This document shows positions 40,101 to 51,100 of a stretch of 64,000 nt of DNA, one piece after another. Source of the stretch: Balanoglossus misakiensis (lineage: Eukaryota; Animalia; Hemichordata); NCBI GenBank assembly GCA_040954595.2, contig CM082581.2, positions 8,845,878 through 8,909,877 of the forward strand, in the 5' to 3' direction. Within the stretch, counting starts at the first letter, position 1. Each line of letters starts with the position of its first letter. Below the pieces are notes generated by a model that saw only the letters and a program-made list of their open reading frames with translations, had not been told where the DNA came from and searched no databases. The translations under genes were made by a program, and so were the position numbers.

Positions 40101-42682
40101 ATAATTCCAGGATGACATATACAGCAACCCCCTCTGAGAAATTCCAATGCACATGAAAAGTAACCATGATAATATTTTCCTGCCAAAACAGGTACCATTT
40201 TCACACAACATCACTGAACTGATAGCGCCATGCTTTGGACTCGGGTTTGCTATAGGTAAGTGTTTGTGGTAACCATATACGTTTCATAAGATCCTATTCA
40301 CCCGGCAAATAACATATCTGAGTGTACGTCAGTTAAAGGCTAGAGCTTTTTCTCAAATCTTGTCCACAAGTGCCCACCTGTCCAAGTTGAGGAGAGAGTT
40401 GAAATTCACCAATTGTTTGAACAAAACAATTCCATTGTTAAAACAAAACAAACAAGTGGTGATGATGCAAGAGATGTATTAATAATATACTCTGTTGATG
40501 TTTTTTTACACATGTTATCAGCAATGCAATCATCTCAAAATAGTTTTACATGTATTCGTGTTACTAGAATAAACCAGATGTTTGAATCAAACACGCCATG
40601 ATGTGTTTTTCCTCCTCCGTGATTGCACTTTAATAGAAAATAGTTTATTTGGGAGCTTGTCCAAAAGTAATTGCGTATATTCTGGTTTAAATTGAATTAA
40701 TCTTCGATACACGCAACCATACATGTTTGGTGAAAGTGGTCGAGCGCTAACCTTTATATGGGACGGACTGAATACTCGTAATTCAAATAATTACCATGAC
40801 TACCTTCTGTACAATAACACTACCCAGTGCAGTCAAAACGAATACGGCGTGTATTTTTCAAAGTAAATCTTAGACTGCAAAAGATGTGTTTATTTCAGGG
40901 GTGTCTGTTTGATGCATTGATTTCCTGGTATAAAAATCAGTTTGTGTATTTGTGTGCATTTTCAGGAATGGTTGATTCGGCCATGATGCCTACCATGGGT
41001 TTTCTAGTCGACCTACGTCACGTCTCAGTCTATGGTAGTGTCTATGCCATAGCTGACGTGGCTTTCTGTATAGGATTTGCTGTAGGTAAGTGTACGACCG
41101 TTACTACTGTTGACAAATTAATTCTAGTCTGGGCATGAATTCAGTTTCAACAATAACAAGTGTTACGACCCGCAGGTCGTCCAAGCCAAAAATATGCGGA
41201 TAATAGAGAGGCCAATTTACCTGACCGGGTGGCTTGTTTTACACCCGAGCCGACCAACAGGCCGCAACAAAAGAAATGGTCAAAGACAGCACACGTACAA
41301 CAAACCAGTCTATTTACCGTGTTAATTTAATTGCAGATACGAGTAATATTCACAAAATGTTAACTAATATTAAAAATAAACTTCTAACTAAACTCGAGCG
41401 TGACCAGGTGACCAAACAAAAAATCCTAACAAGTTCAAAGTCTCAAACAGTTCGGTGACTCGACGCACGACGATACTGGCCTGTCACTCGACGCACAACA
41501 ATGCTGGCCTTTCTGTCCGTTTAACGCCAGCGTAGACAGCCACGCATTACCTCAAATACAGTTCCACAGTCACACGTACGGAGACGCGCTCCCTCAGGAC
41601 GGCTCCCAAATTCCACACGGCGTCCTTAAAAACAACCACCACGGCTTCACCAAGTCATTTCGGCAGTGTCAATCTTCAGCTACCACAGTCGAGAGGCAAA
41701 CTCCGTACGGGTGGGCTCCTAAAACTCCTCCAAGGCGAGGGCACAGCTACCAGACCAGAATCAAAATGAGTCACACGACAACGTGGCACTGGATGGTTTT
41801 TATACGACCAAAACTAACACCTGGTCACGCTAATATGTTAAACAAAGAAATAAACACAGGTGCACCTGGCCACGAAAACAATAGAAAAACTTCTCCTACG
41901 TAACACAAGTCTGATTGTAAACAATGCATTGTAGGCTGTGTTTGATAAGCATGCTATAAACAGAACAAGAATACTGAATTTTTTTAGGAACATGTCTTAT
42001 GAAACACGTACTGCAATGCTAGAATTATAATATTAATACACTGAAATGTTTCCAATTTTAGGGCCAGCTCTTAGTGGCGAAATCGTGAAAACGATAGGAT
42101 TCCCATGGTGAGTAGAATGTCGTGTAATTGCTCCTCAGTAGCAAATGTGCGTTTCTCTAATATTCAAAGCATGGGCTAACCGCGGGTGTTATTAAAACAC
42201 ATGACACAAGTTTGAGTGTTTGAAACATGGCACACGTGTTCTGTTTGGAATCGTAAGAAAGAAGGTTGTACTAACTGCACTGCTGTAACGCCTAATTTCC
42301 AATCTTCACACTCGATTTCTTATTTTTTCTCTCTCTCCTTTTTCTAGGCTTTTGCGTGGAATTGCCATAGTCAATTTTATCTACAGTCCGCTGTGTTATT
42401 TCCTGAGGGACCCTCCTTCCAGTGAAGATAAACAGGTAAGGCCGAATACACTTGTAGTGACTGTGCCAAAAAGAGGGCCCGCCCATCGGTTAGTATAAGC
42501 TTTAGTTCAGATTATAACTAGATAGCAGACAATCCTGCAGACAATCCACAATCAGTTGGGAAGTATGTGACTTTTTTTCTTTCCAATTTTAGGCAATTCT
42601 GTTGGAAGAACAGCTACCAGTGTCGTACACAGTCCACAAACAGACGGACTACCAGACACTACACGATGATGAAAACAATTGA
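31178..42682 (+). CDS. VMAT: Vesicular monoamine transporter (SLC18A1/A2-like, MFS), 15 coding exons, 518 aa
   Basis: Exons 31178-31337, 31696-32026, 32203-32261, 32580-32663, 32778-32870, 33078-33167, 33368-33472, 34031-34126, 35444-35522, 37686-37737, 40192-40255, 40966-41085, 42062-42107, 42348-42435, 42593-42682. All GT-AG and in phase; sum 1557 nt. Diagnostic motifs: [120 protein letters not shown]. Confidence 0.97.
35646..35677. repeat. (TATTAC)n microsatellite in a VMAT intron
   Basis: CTATTACTATTACTATTACTATTACTATTACT; source of the spurious ITIT/YYYY ORFs. Confidence 0.85.
41161..41905 (-). mobile_element. Solo LTR (Gypsy-like), 745 bp, inside a VMAT intron
   Basis: Begins TGTTACG and ends CGTAACA (7-bp inverted termini, TG...CA). 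Flanked by a 4-bp target site duplication CAAG (41157-41160 and 41906-41909). Minus-strand TATAAAAA near 41800 and ATTAAA near 41328 suggest antisense orientation. Internal ~25-bp direct repeat at about 41458-41510. Confidence 0.8.
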
Positions 42683-43075
42683 GAGGAAGCGACAAACCCT
42701 GAATTGGCGCCATTTATTTTCAACGGAGACTTCCACTCACTGTCAGACATATGGGAAACCACACTGACTTGCGAGAATGTTGAAGGTACTAAAGGCGAAC
42801 AGGACTTCTATAGAGAGACATTTTAGGCTGTACACGTATTTTTGTACAAAAGTGAACCAGAAATATTCAAATTGCTGTAGAAAAAATAATGATAATGTTG
42901 TTGATAGATTTTAATTTTAAGTAACTTGACCCGGTGTATATTTTTGACTGCGTACAACCAAACAATAATGTAATGCACCTGAACTACTGTCATTGTAATT
43001 AGCATTTAGATTTTAAATATGAAAGGTTTGAGATTTAAATTGGCGCTAAACGTCCAAAATGACCATGTTGAATGG

Positions 43076-43081
43076 AATAAA
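43076..43081 (+). terminator. Candidate polyadenylation signal of VMAT
   Basis: AATAAA ~400 nt after the stop codon; another at 43261. Confidence 0.35.
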
Positions 43082-46000
43082 ATATTTATTTTTTCTGCTA
43101 GTTGAGGGACAAATGTACCAGTATATATTTTCGCAGCTATCGAGTATTCATACCATATGGCCATATATTCCCATGAAGTTTTAATGCTGAGTTGGAGGAA
43201 ACATTTGGTCTCTTACGTGGAAGAAAACAACATGTCTCATCCGACGAACAGTCACAGTTCAATAAAGAGATGCTCACAATAACCACGGTCTCACATCTCT
43301 AGTTAGATTTCAACCTAGTATGTATTAGCCTGTATTATCAGCATTAGTTTATACATCCCACAAAGTGGAAAGCGCTGTCAACAAAGGGAAATTCTTCTCT
43401 CCGACAAACAAGTTTTTCTTCTGAGGGAGTTACTCAGATATTGATATAAATCAATGGTGGTCATTGCAAGCTCAGTTATACTGATGTTAGTCTTCTCGAA
43501 AGCTTGCTAGCAACGTACTTCTGTTAGGAACTGAATCGAAAGTTTCTTTAGTTAGTACTCCAAGTTAGTTTTAAGTAGTTTATTCAGCCAGACTGCGTTC
43601 ATGGCTGTCTTATTTTCTTGTTTCATAAGTCACTGTTAGAACCGCACTGTTGTCATTAAGCATCAATTAAAATTCGTTATATAATTTTGAAGTTGCATTT
43701 CTTTTTAAATGTAGTCTGGGGCATGTCAGCCCACATTGAGGACATACATGTAGTCAGTGGGTCTTCGAACATTTTTTTCAGTTCGCTTTAACTCACATAA
43801 ATTACACAGGTAGGGGAAATCCCCCGCTGCAGCTATGTTAGCAGCTCCGATTCTGTAACAAATGTCAAGTGTTGAAAGCTAAGAATAGGACTTGAAGTGA
43901 ATGTATGTAAATGAAATATGACGTTTACGGATGTGACGTCACAGATAGTTCTTATTCATTGTGCCTTGATCTTGATGAAAATGTTACCTCTGTCGATGGT
44001 GCATGGTTTGTACACATAGAGCATAATGTATCCAATGGTAGTATATGTGAAAATAGTCAATACTCTCCTGCACAATGAATATTCACCTTGATTATTGTAT
44101 CCATAGTACCAGATGTCGCAATAAAATTCAGATTTGTGCATTATTCTGCGTTTTGTCCTGTTTTTCTCTTAGTGTGAGGTTTCCACGTGAATATGAACAC
44201 TCACCAACAACAGGGTAAAAGGAACTCCAAAATTACACCCATGGTAAATCAGATGTCAACAATACTGCATTTCACACATAAATTGAGACAAGTAGCCTAA
44301 AACAACAAAAGAAATTATTGGAAAACTACTGGACTTTATTTCCGAGTTTACCACGTGACTAACATGGTGCGAGAAGGTGAGCGTGTAACCAGCCAACAAA
44401 CAAACACACCACTAGCCATAGAATCCAAAGCACACACATTTGAGATAACTTTACGTCTCTTTCTTTGTCTCGCTATTTCCATATCCCTAACTTCTTTTCC
44501 GAAATCCACAATACCCTATGCCTATCTCTAACTCTCTTTCATTAAATTTTCTTGACTGTTTCCCAATTACTCCAATATTGACTGACCGTTTGATCCGCCA
44601 CAGTCAAGGAAGATAATTGTATCCTCTCCGCAAAACTCTGCCTGTGCAATATCCGGCTCTCGTCGTAATTGCCCTCTGAGTACGAGTGTGTTTAATGAAT
44701 AAAAGAAGAGATTATAAGATCGCACTTTCAATGCCCTTTCACGGCGAGAGAGAAGGATTCCGTATTCTTGCTGTCACGTGATTTGCGGCTATTATTGGAG
44801 AAAGGCGTTGTTGTCAGTGATTGGTTCAAAGATTTTTGCTACAACTATTACTAGAACAAAATTAATATTATAATTTGATAATTTGATACAATTTTATAGC
44901 TGTGTTCAAATCTCTTCATTTTAATTTATCACTAAAGGGAACGATGAAACTGTCAAATGACAGTCGATTGAAAAAGTCCAGTGGCAATAACAGTTTCAAA
45001 CAGTCTCGAAAAACAAGTTGTTTTAATTGGATCAGGCCTGCACTACACAATATTCTTTTAGGATGAGCAACCCTATGTATATTACGCTTGAGTCATACAT
45101 TGGAACCAAGTACTGGTTCTCGAGAAATGTCCGTGCTGTTCATAATAGCCACGATCTGTGCTTTATTAGCGCGAACCTCGGGTTACAAGCAAATCGATCC
45201 TCTTATAATTTGGTGATTTGCCGCGGGACTTGCTTCAGTTTACCTTGATTTGGTCACGATTGAAATTACGTGACTGTATTTTAAGACCGCGGGCTATTTT
45301 AGCGAGGCAAATTGTAAAAAAGAGAGAAATATTTTAAATATTAGTATTATTACAACGTATACTTGGACCATATGGATTTCGAAAGCATGAGTATACAAAA
45401 TTAATGTTGTTGTTTATTGTTTAGCAATTTAAAGCCTGAATTCCCTTTAGCAGAGTTTTATGCCCATTGATGCATGTCCAATGGATAGGCTAAAAGAGAA
45501 CTTTGCTGTTTCTAAACACGATACACAACTTCACAAATTGTAACAATCACAGCGCCCTCATAGTCATCCTCGTGCACTAGCGCAAGCCAGCAGTTTAATT
45601 TCCCACCCCACCATTCAAAAAGCGGTCAGTCGGCGCGTATTAATACTTTATGGCACTTGGATAGTTAATATCTGTCTAATCTGTGTATGATTGGATTGCA
45701 AAACCCATTTATTAATGTTTGAAAAGAACTGTGTAAACAATTACCCAGACATGTCAATATGCCACGCCACAAAATAATGAAATGTTCAAATATAATAAAA
45801 CCAAATATTTTTTTTTAATTGTGATGTCTTCTAATTATATGATTAACATGTTGTTAGCAAGGGTTATTGGAATGTGATCTGTAGCCAATACGTAGTTTGC
45901 ATAAATAGTGATGAAGATGGTGTTTTAATTCGTAAAATATTAGCAAACATGGTCGATCTCGCGATACTGAGATGATATTTCTGTGGAGCGCCTCAAGTGG

Positions 46001-46694
46001 TGGCGTGTGCTGTCCTCTTTGCTGCTGATGCACGACAACAACGTTGTCAAACTATGTGGGCGGATATGTACACGTGTGCATATATATGTAATTAGGTCTT
46101 ATATGAAAAGTATTGCGTTAAATTCACACCGGCGCACAACTGACTCTGTTTACTAGTGGAAAGTGAGCCGTCCCAAAGTCTTGATGAAGTGGAATTAGCT
46201 TCCATTACGGTTATTGAGCTGGGGTTATGCTTAGGTGTCGCAGCCTGGAGAAAATCGCTCTTCCCGAACGCCTGTAATTGAGTCATTACTATCGAACTTA
46301 CTTTCAACTGCTGAAAGGTTTGGAAAGAAACGCTCGCCTCGAAGCCGGAGTCGTCCAAATTTGGATCATATCGAGCGGATGTGACGTTGTAAATGACGTA
46401 GATCGTGGTATAAAACTCATCTTCACGCCATACTTTATTACAAGAGGCAGTGTGATAGGGGAATCGGAGATAACTTTTTTACGCTCGGAAGTGATCAAGT
46501 TTCGGACAGCCAGGAGGATAACAAGGGTTGTAGCAGTAGTGACTGGTCGAATTTTTCGCAAAATTACGCTTTATCGCCTTATTAAGAAAATGTGATTTAC
46601 AGTGGCGCGCTCGCTGAATCGATTAACAAATCAACACGGTGTTCATGCTCAACACAACCCGGAATTTGATGTGCGCATATTTGTCCGGTTCGAC

Positions 46695-46763
46695 ATGAAA
46701 ACACGTCTGGGGCTGTGCGGATCATTCCTGACCACTACACTGGGAGTGTTAGTTGTGAAATGA
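46695..46763 (+). promoter_or_regulatory. 22-codon upstream ORF ending 1 nt before the receptor ATG
   Basis: ATG at 46695 reads MKTRLGLCGSFLTTTLGVLVVK with TGA at 46761-46763; the receptor ATG is at 46765. Confidence 0.5.
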
Positions 46764-46764
46764 A

Positions 46765-48159
46765 ATGCAAGAAAGTGAAGCCATGCCAACGACGCCGGAA
46801 GGGACATTTAATTCAACGGGATGGACGACAGACGATTATCTCGTTGAATCATCCGTCGATCAGAGGCCTTTCGTCGTGGTTTTGAAAGCCACAGTGTTTA
46901 CCATAATAATTCTACTTGCCATAGGAGGGAACATACTCGTCGTTTTAGCCGTGTGTCTACATCACAGACTGCGCGTGTTGACGAACTACCTTGTTGTGTC
47001 GCTGGCTTTCACGGACCTGCTGGTCGGGCTTTTCGTCATGCCGTTCAACGCAAGCATCGAGCTGACGGGCAGGTGGCTCTTCGGTCGACACTTCTGTGAT
47101 GTATGGAATTCCCTGGACGTCTGTTTCAGCACGGCGTCGCTTCAACACCTCTGCTGTATCGCCGTCGACAGATACGTCGCCATAACCCAGCCTTTCGAAT
47201 ATCCGAACAAGATAACTCCGCGCCGAATCTTTCAAATGATCTGTTTTGTTTGGATTTCGTCATTTCTCCTGTCTTTTATCCCCATTCACATGGGATGGTA
47301 CTCAACCAAAGATAATTTACTGTACATGAAAGAACATCCCGAGGTTTGTCAGTTTGTGGTGAATAAAGTTTACGCTCTCATATCATCGAGTATTTCCTTT
47401 TGGATTCCCTGCATCATCATGATATTCACGTATCTCAAGATCTTCCTCGTCGCCCGACGCCAGGCCGCGCTGATCAGAGCTACTCGAGCCGCCACGCTGG
47501 AATTGAACGGTGGCGATAGTCCAGGATCGTCGCAGCGTCTGTGGAAGGAACACAAGGCTGCCAAAACTTTGGGAATAATAATGGGCGTTTTTATCGTCTG
47601 TTGGTTACCCTTCTTTCTGTGGTACACAAGCACAATGATCTGCGGCGATGCTTGTCCTTTCCCCGAAATAGTGGGATCGATTCTATTCTGGATCGGTTAC
47701 TGCAACAGCGCGCTAAATCCCATCATTTACGCTTTCTGCAACCGGGATTTCCGGAAAGCTTTCCGCCATCTCTTAATTGACGTTTTCTGGAAAGGTGGCC
47801 GCCATATAGGGCGAGATTTTTCTACCTACGCGGGCCGAGACAGTAATGAGGAGCACTCGCTTCGTGTTCGCTCCCGTGCCAGCTCCGCCGAGGCCATGAC
47901 AAACAACTGCGTGATGACCAGTCTCCCACCGAGAAAAACCGCTCACCAGGGTAACCGACGGAAGAAAGTGCGAAGCTTTAAGAAGAGATTCATTATCGAG
48001 ATGAAGCCGCGTTGCACGCCATCCAGAAGTCAATCGGAAAACGGTTTCCAAGCCCAGTACAAAAGCCTCGACAGTAACAAAGTAAATAACGGTAATTTAC
48101 CTCCCGATAAAACCGAGCCTGATGTTCAGGTCGAACGGCAGAGAACGATGACAATGTGA
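46765..48159 (+). CDS. Class A biogenic amine GPCR, beta-adrenergic-like octopamine receptor (Oct-beta), single coding exon, 464 aa
   Basis: GN in TM1, SLAFTD in TM2, WNSLDVCFSTAS with the amine-binding Asp3.32, DRY, TM5 SSSISFWIP, KEHKAAKTLGIIMGVF, CWLPFFLWY, FWIGYCNSALNPIIY. The VMPFNAS, WNSLDV, FVVNKxYA and PFFLWY signatures are typical of Oct-beta receptors. Confidence 0.93.
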   Translation: MQESEAMPTTPEGTFNSTGWTTDDYLVESSVDQRPFVVVLKATVFTIIILLAIGGNILVVLAVCLHHRLRVLTNYLVVSLAFTDLLVGLFVMPFNASIELTGRWLFGRHFCDVWNSLDVCFSTASLQHLCCIAVDRYVAITQPFEYPNKITPRRIFQMICFVWISSFLLSFIPIHMGWYSTKDNLLYMKEHPEVCQFVVNKVYALISSSISFWIPCIIMIFTYLKIFLVARRQAALIRATRAATLELNGGDSPGSSQRLWKEHKAAKTLGIIMGVFIVCWLPFFLWYTSTMICGDACPFPEIVGSILFWIGYCNSALNPIIYAFCNRDFRKAFRHLLIDVFWKGGRHIGRDFSTYAGRDSNEEHSLRVRSRASSAEAMTNNCVMTSLPPRKTAHQGNRRKKVRSFKKRFIIEMKPRCTPSRSQSENGFQAQYKSLDSNKVNNGNLPPDKTEPDVQVERQRTMTM

Positions 48160-51100
48160 ACATAAAATAACACGATATTACACTTTATTTTTAAGTATTT
48201 CTTTGTAAATGAATTTGAAAATACTCTAAACATAATATCAATTTATATAGAGCATATTTTTCTGAAACTAGCGATACCTATACTAACACGTCGATCGCGT
48301 TTAATTTTCTATACTAGTAACTTTGTTCCGTATGGTGGGATTTGTACAAACATGGCTCATTTTTGTTTTCATATCAGCTATTTTAAAGCGTGTCATATGA
48401 ATATAAGCGATGTGGATGGTTCCAATTTTTCATACAATGTGGAGTCTATCTGTCGAGCGTCGTGTATTTCAATAAAAATACATGATAAAATGTTATATCT
48501 TGCAGTAAGTGACACTGACGTCAAAGTGTGTGATTGATTCCTAGCAGGCAGAAAACACAAAATCATACTCTGCTCGCCTCCGCACAGAAATCTGTTTGCG
48601 GAGTATAATCGAGATGTAATGATAATCGTAGTCATGAAGCGCTCCTTTAAACGTATTCATGTAATGACCTATTTGCTAGACAGATTGTCGAGATCATAAA
48701 CCCGGAGCACTACAAGTTGTCATTTGTATTCGTCACCTGATTCATGATGTCCACATACATGGAAAAGGACAAAAAAAGGATCTTTTGCACATGCCTTGAT
48801 TACCCTCGCCGAACAATATCTTTTCAGCAACGCGAGATACATCAATTGTCTTGTATATGCTTTCTTCGTGGTTTAACTTTAAGTCCCCTGTTTGTGGTGT
48901 GAAGCGTGAAATAAGCAGAATGTACACAAACTCGCGTTTGAAATGAACACTGATTTCAATGGTCTGGTCCTAACGACATTTCAAGTGACAACAATCACGA
49001 CCTCTTGGGAATTGTAAAGCCCAGGAGCTCTTTGTTTGTAATAATACAATTTCGCTTACCTACGCGTTAAGGCGTCGTATTGAGCTGTTCATTGACCAAA
49101 GATCACACATAAAACATATTGTTTACGATGCTTATTTTTGTGGTTAGAACTAATATAATTCTGTACGTGGTAAAATTATCGTGAAAATTCCATATGGAGA
49201 GGTCGTTCATTGAATTCTTTGGTCACACAATGTGTATTGTAGGGGAGCACAATACTCACACAGAACAATTATCTCAGATTTACACTAACACCAGGTCCGA
49301 TAACATTATACTCTCAGCCCCACCTTAAATTAGCACGGCAGACTGAGGTCGAAGATTAATTGATAGTATGACCTGTCTTCAATACCTGCCTGTCAAACTG
49401 ACGTTTACCACGCATGAATGAACGTGTAAATCCTTACTATTATACTATGTCACTGTTTTCGTAAACAATATCAGGTGACCCATTTTGATCTAGTTGGACA
49501 CACAGCGAAATAAAAACTAGCTACTCAATTTATCAGTGGACTCTAAAGGCGAAGGCCAAAAATCGATAGTCAATAATGTCAAAGTTTGTTTATCCGATTC
49601 TCAAATTAGTGCCCAAGGAACAACAAAGCCATGAAAAAAGTTGTTCAGGCGGTTTTAACTCTCGAGCGATTCTCTCCTGTTAAGCACATCGTCACTAGTA
49701 TCGAGTATGACATCATGTTACAGGTTAACGTCAGATCAGAAGTGGCAGAGGAAGGCTGGATATAGACATATAACAGCAAAGGAAACGCGTTCATATGTTG
49801 TTAGTGGTGTTAAAATATTTTATGAGACTGTAACCTCGTTCGCAGGGGGGGAGTATTTGTTGCTCTATATAATACGGTAAAATACGGGGTTAAGACGCCG
49901 AGTTACGTATATACTCGCGTCTGAGAAATCTTGAGAGCGACGTACAAGCAAAAACGAGTTGTCAGGAGACCGTAGTACACATCGTTTGTCCCAACTCCGT
50001 GCGGGATTGGAGTTATCCAGAATGTAAATAATTCGATCCCACATTTCAACGTGTTGAGGACATTATTTCAATAAAAGACTAGCAAGAGGGTAAATGATAT
50101 CACAGCCTATTTACACACAAACGAAGATGGAAATCAATCGGCGCTCTCATCGAGGTACAATAGTCAATAGTAATCAGTAGTAATTGTATCTAAGAATAAG
50201 TTAAATTGCAAGTCTATCCATTGAACGTTATTCCGAGAAAAGGATTGATTAATTGAAAGAAGGAATTGTAAATGTGAAAATGATAAAAATATTTACCAGA
50301 TATCTGTAATCATATAGCCGTACATTTATTATACGCTTTTGAAATACCTGTGTGTTTCTTGAATTCATTTTGAATATTATATGCGTTAAGGTGCCTAAAC
50401 TACTGCTGATCCTAAGGTCATTAGGTCAAGGAAAATCTCTCGCTCCAATCGGATTCGAACAAGCGCAATGTTGCCATGGCGATTACTGTTGTAAAAGGCG
50501 CTCTGTCAAAGTAGTTCTACATCCCCACTCTCTCAGTTGCATTCACAAACAGTACTTTCAGTTCAAAGTCTGGCACCGAATGTTCGTTCATCTCCAAAAT
50601 AATCTCATAATAGAAATTCTGCCAAGAGGTTGATGGTTATCAATTGTGTTCGACAAACGACGGGGCTGGACTAAACCCAGAGATTGCTCAGGCATTTCCA
50701 GTTTTTTTGCTATTATGCAGTTATTTCGAAACGGCCAGTCAAATCAAGCCACTTTTACTGCACACCCTTTCTTTCTCGAGATGAGCCTTGCATAACGGTA
50801 CAACGTATACAATCTGAATCTGATTCTGTCAGGCTTCACAGCCAACGTGTTAGTCTCTCCTTGACCAAAGGCTTCAAATTCAGAAGCTGGTGAATTTCTG
50901 GGTGGGTCGGGGGTGATCGGATGATATTGCCTATAATGCGGCATAATGACAGGCTGAAAGCTTTGGGAAAACTGAATTGTTAAAAGTGCTTATGCACACA
51001 TCCAAACGACCGATTTGGGTCCAATTTCTTCGCAAGAGTTTCAAGGTTGAAGTACATCACCGGATCGATTCCATTTGACTCTTATTAAATTATCATTATC

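Noticed and set aside
46092-46595. Three overlapping 85-105 aa ORFs upstream of the GPCR
   Set aside because: No recognisable domain and mostly non-ATG starts; probably 5' UTR or promoter sequence.
46957-48051. Antisense and alternative-frame ORFs within the GPCR
   Set aside because: Shadow ORFs of a GC-richer coding region.
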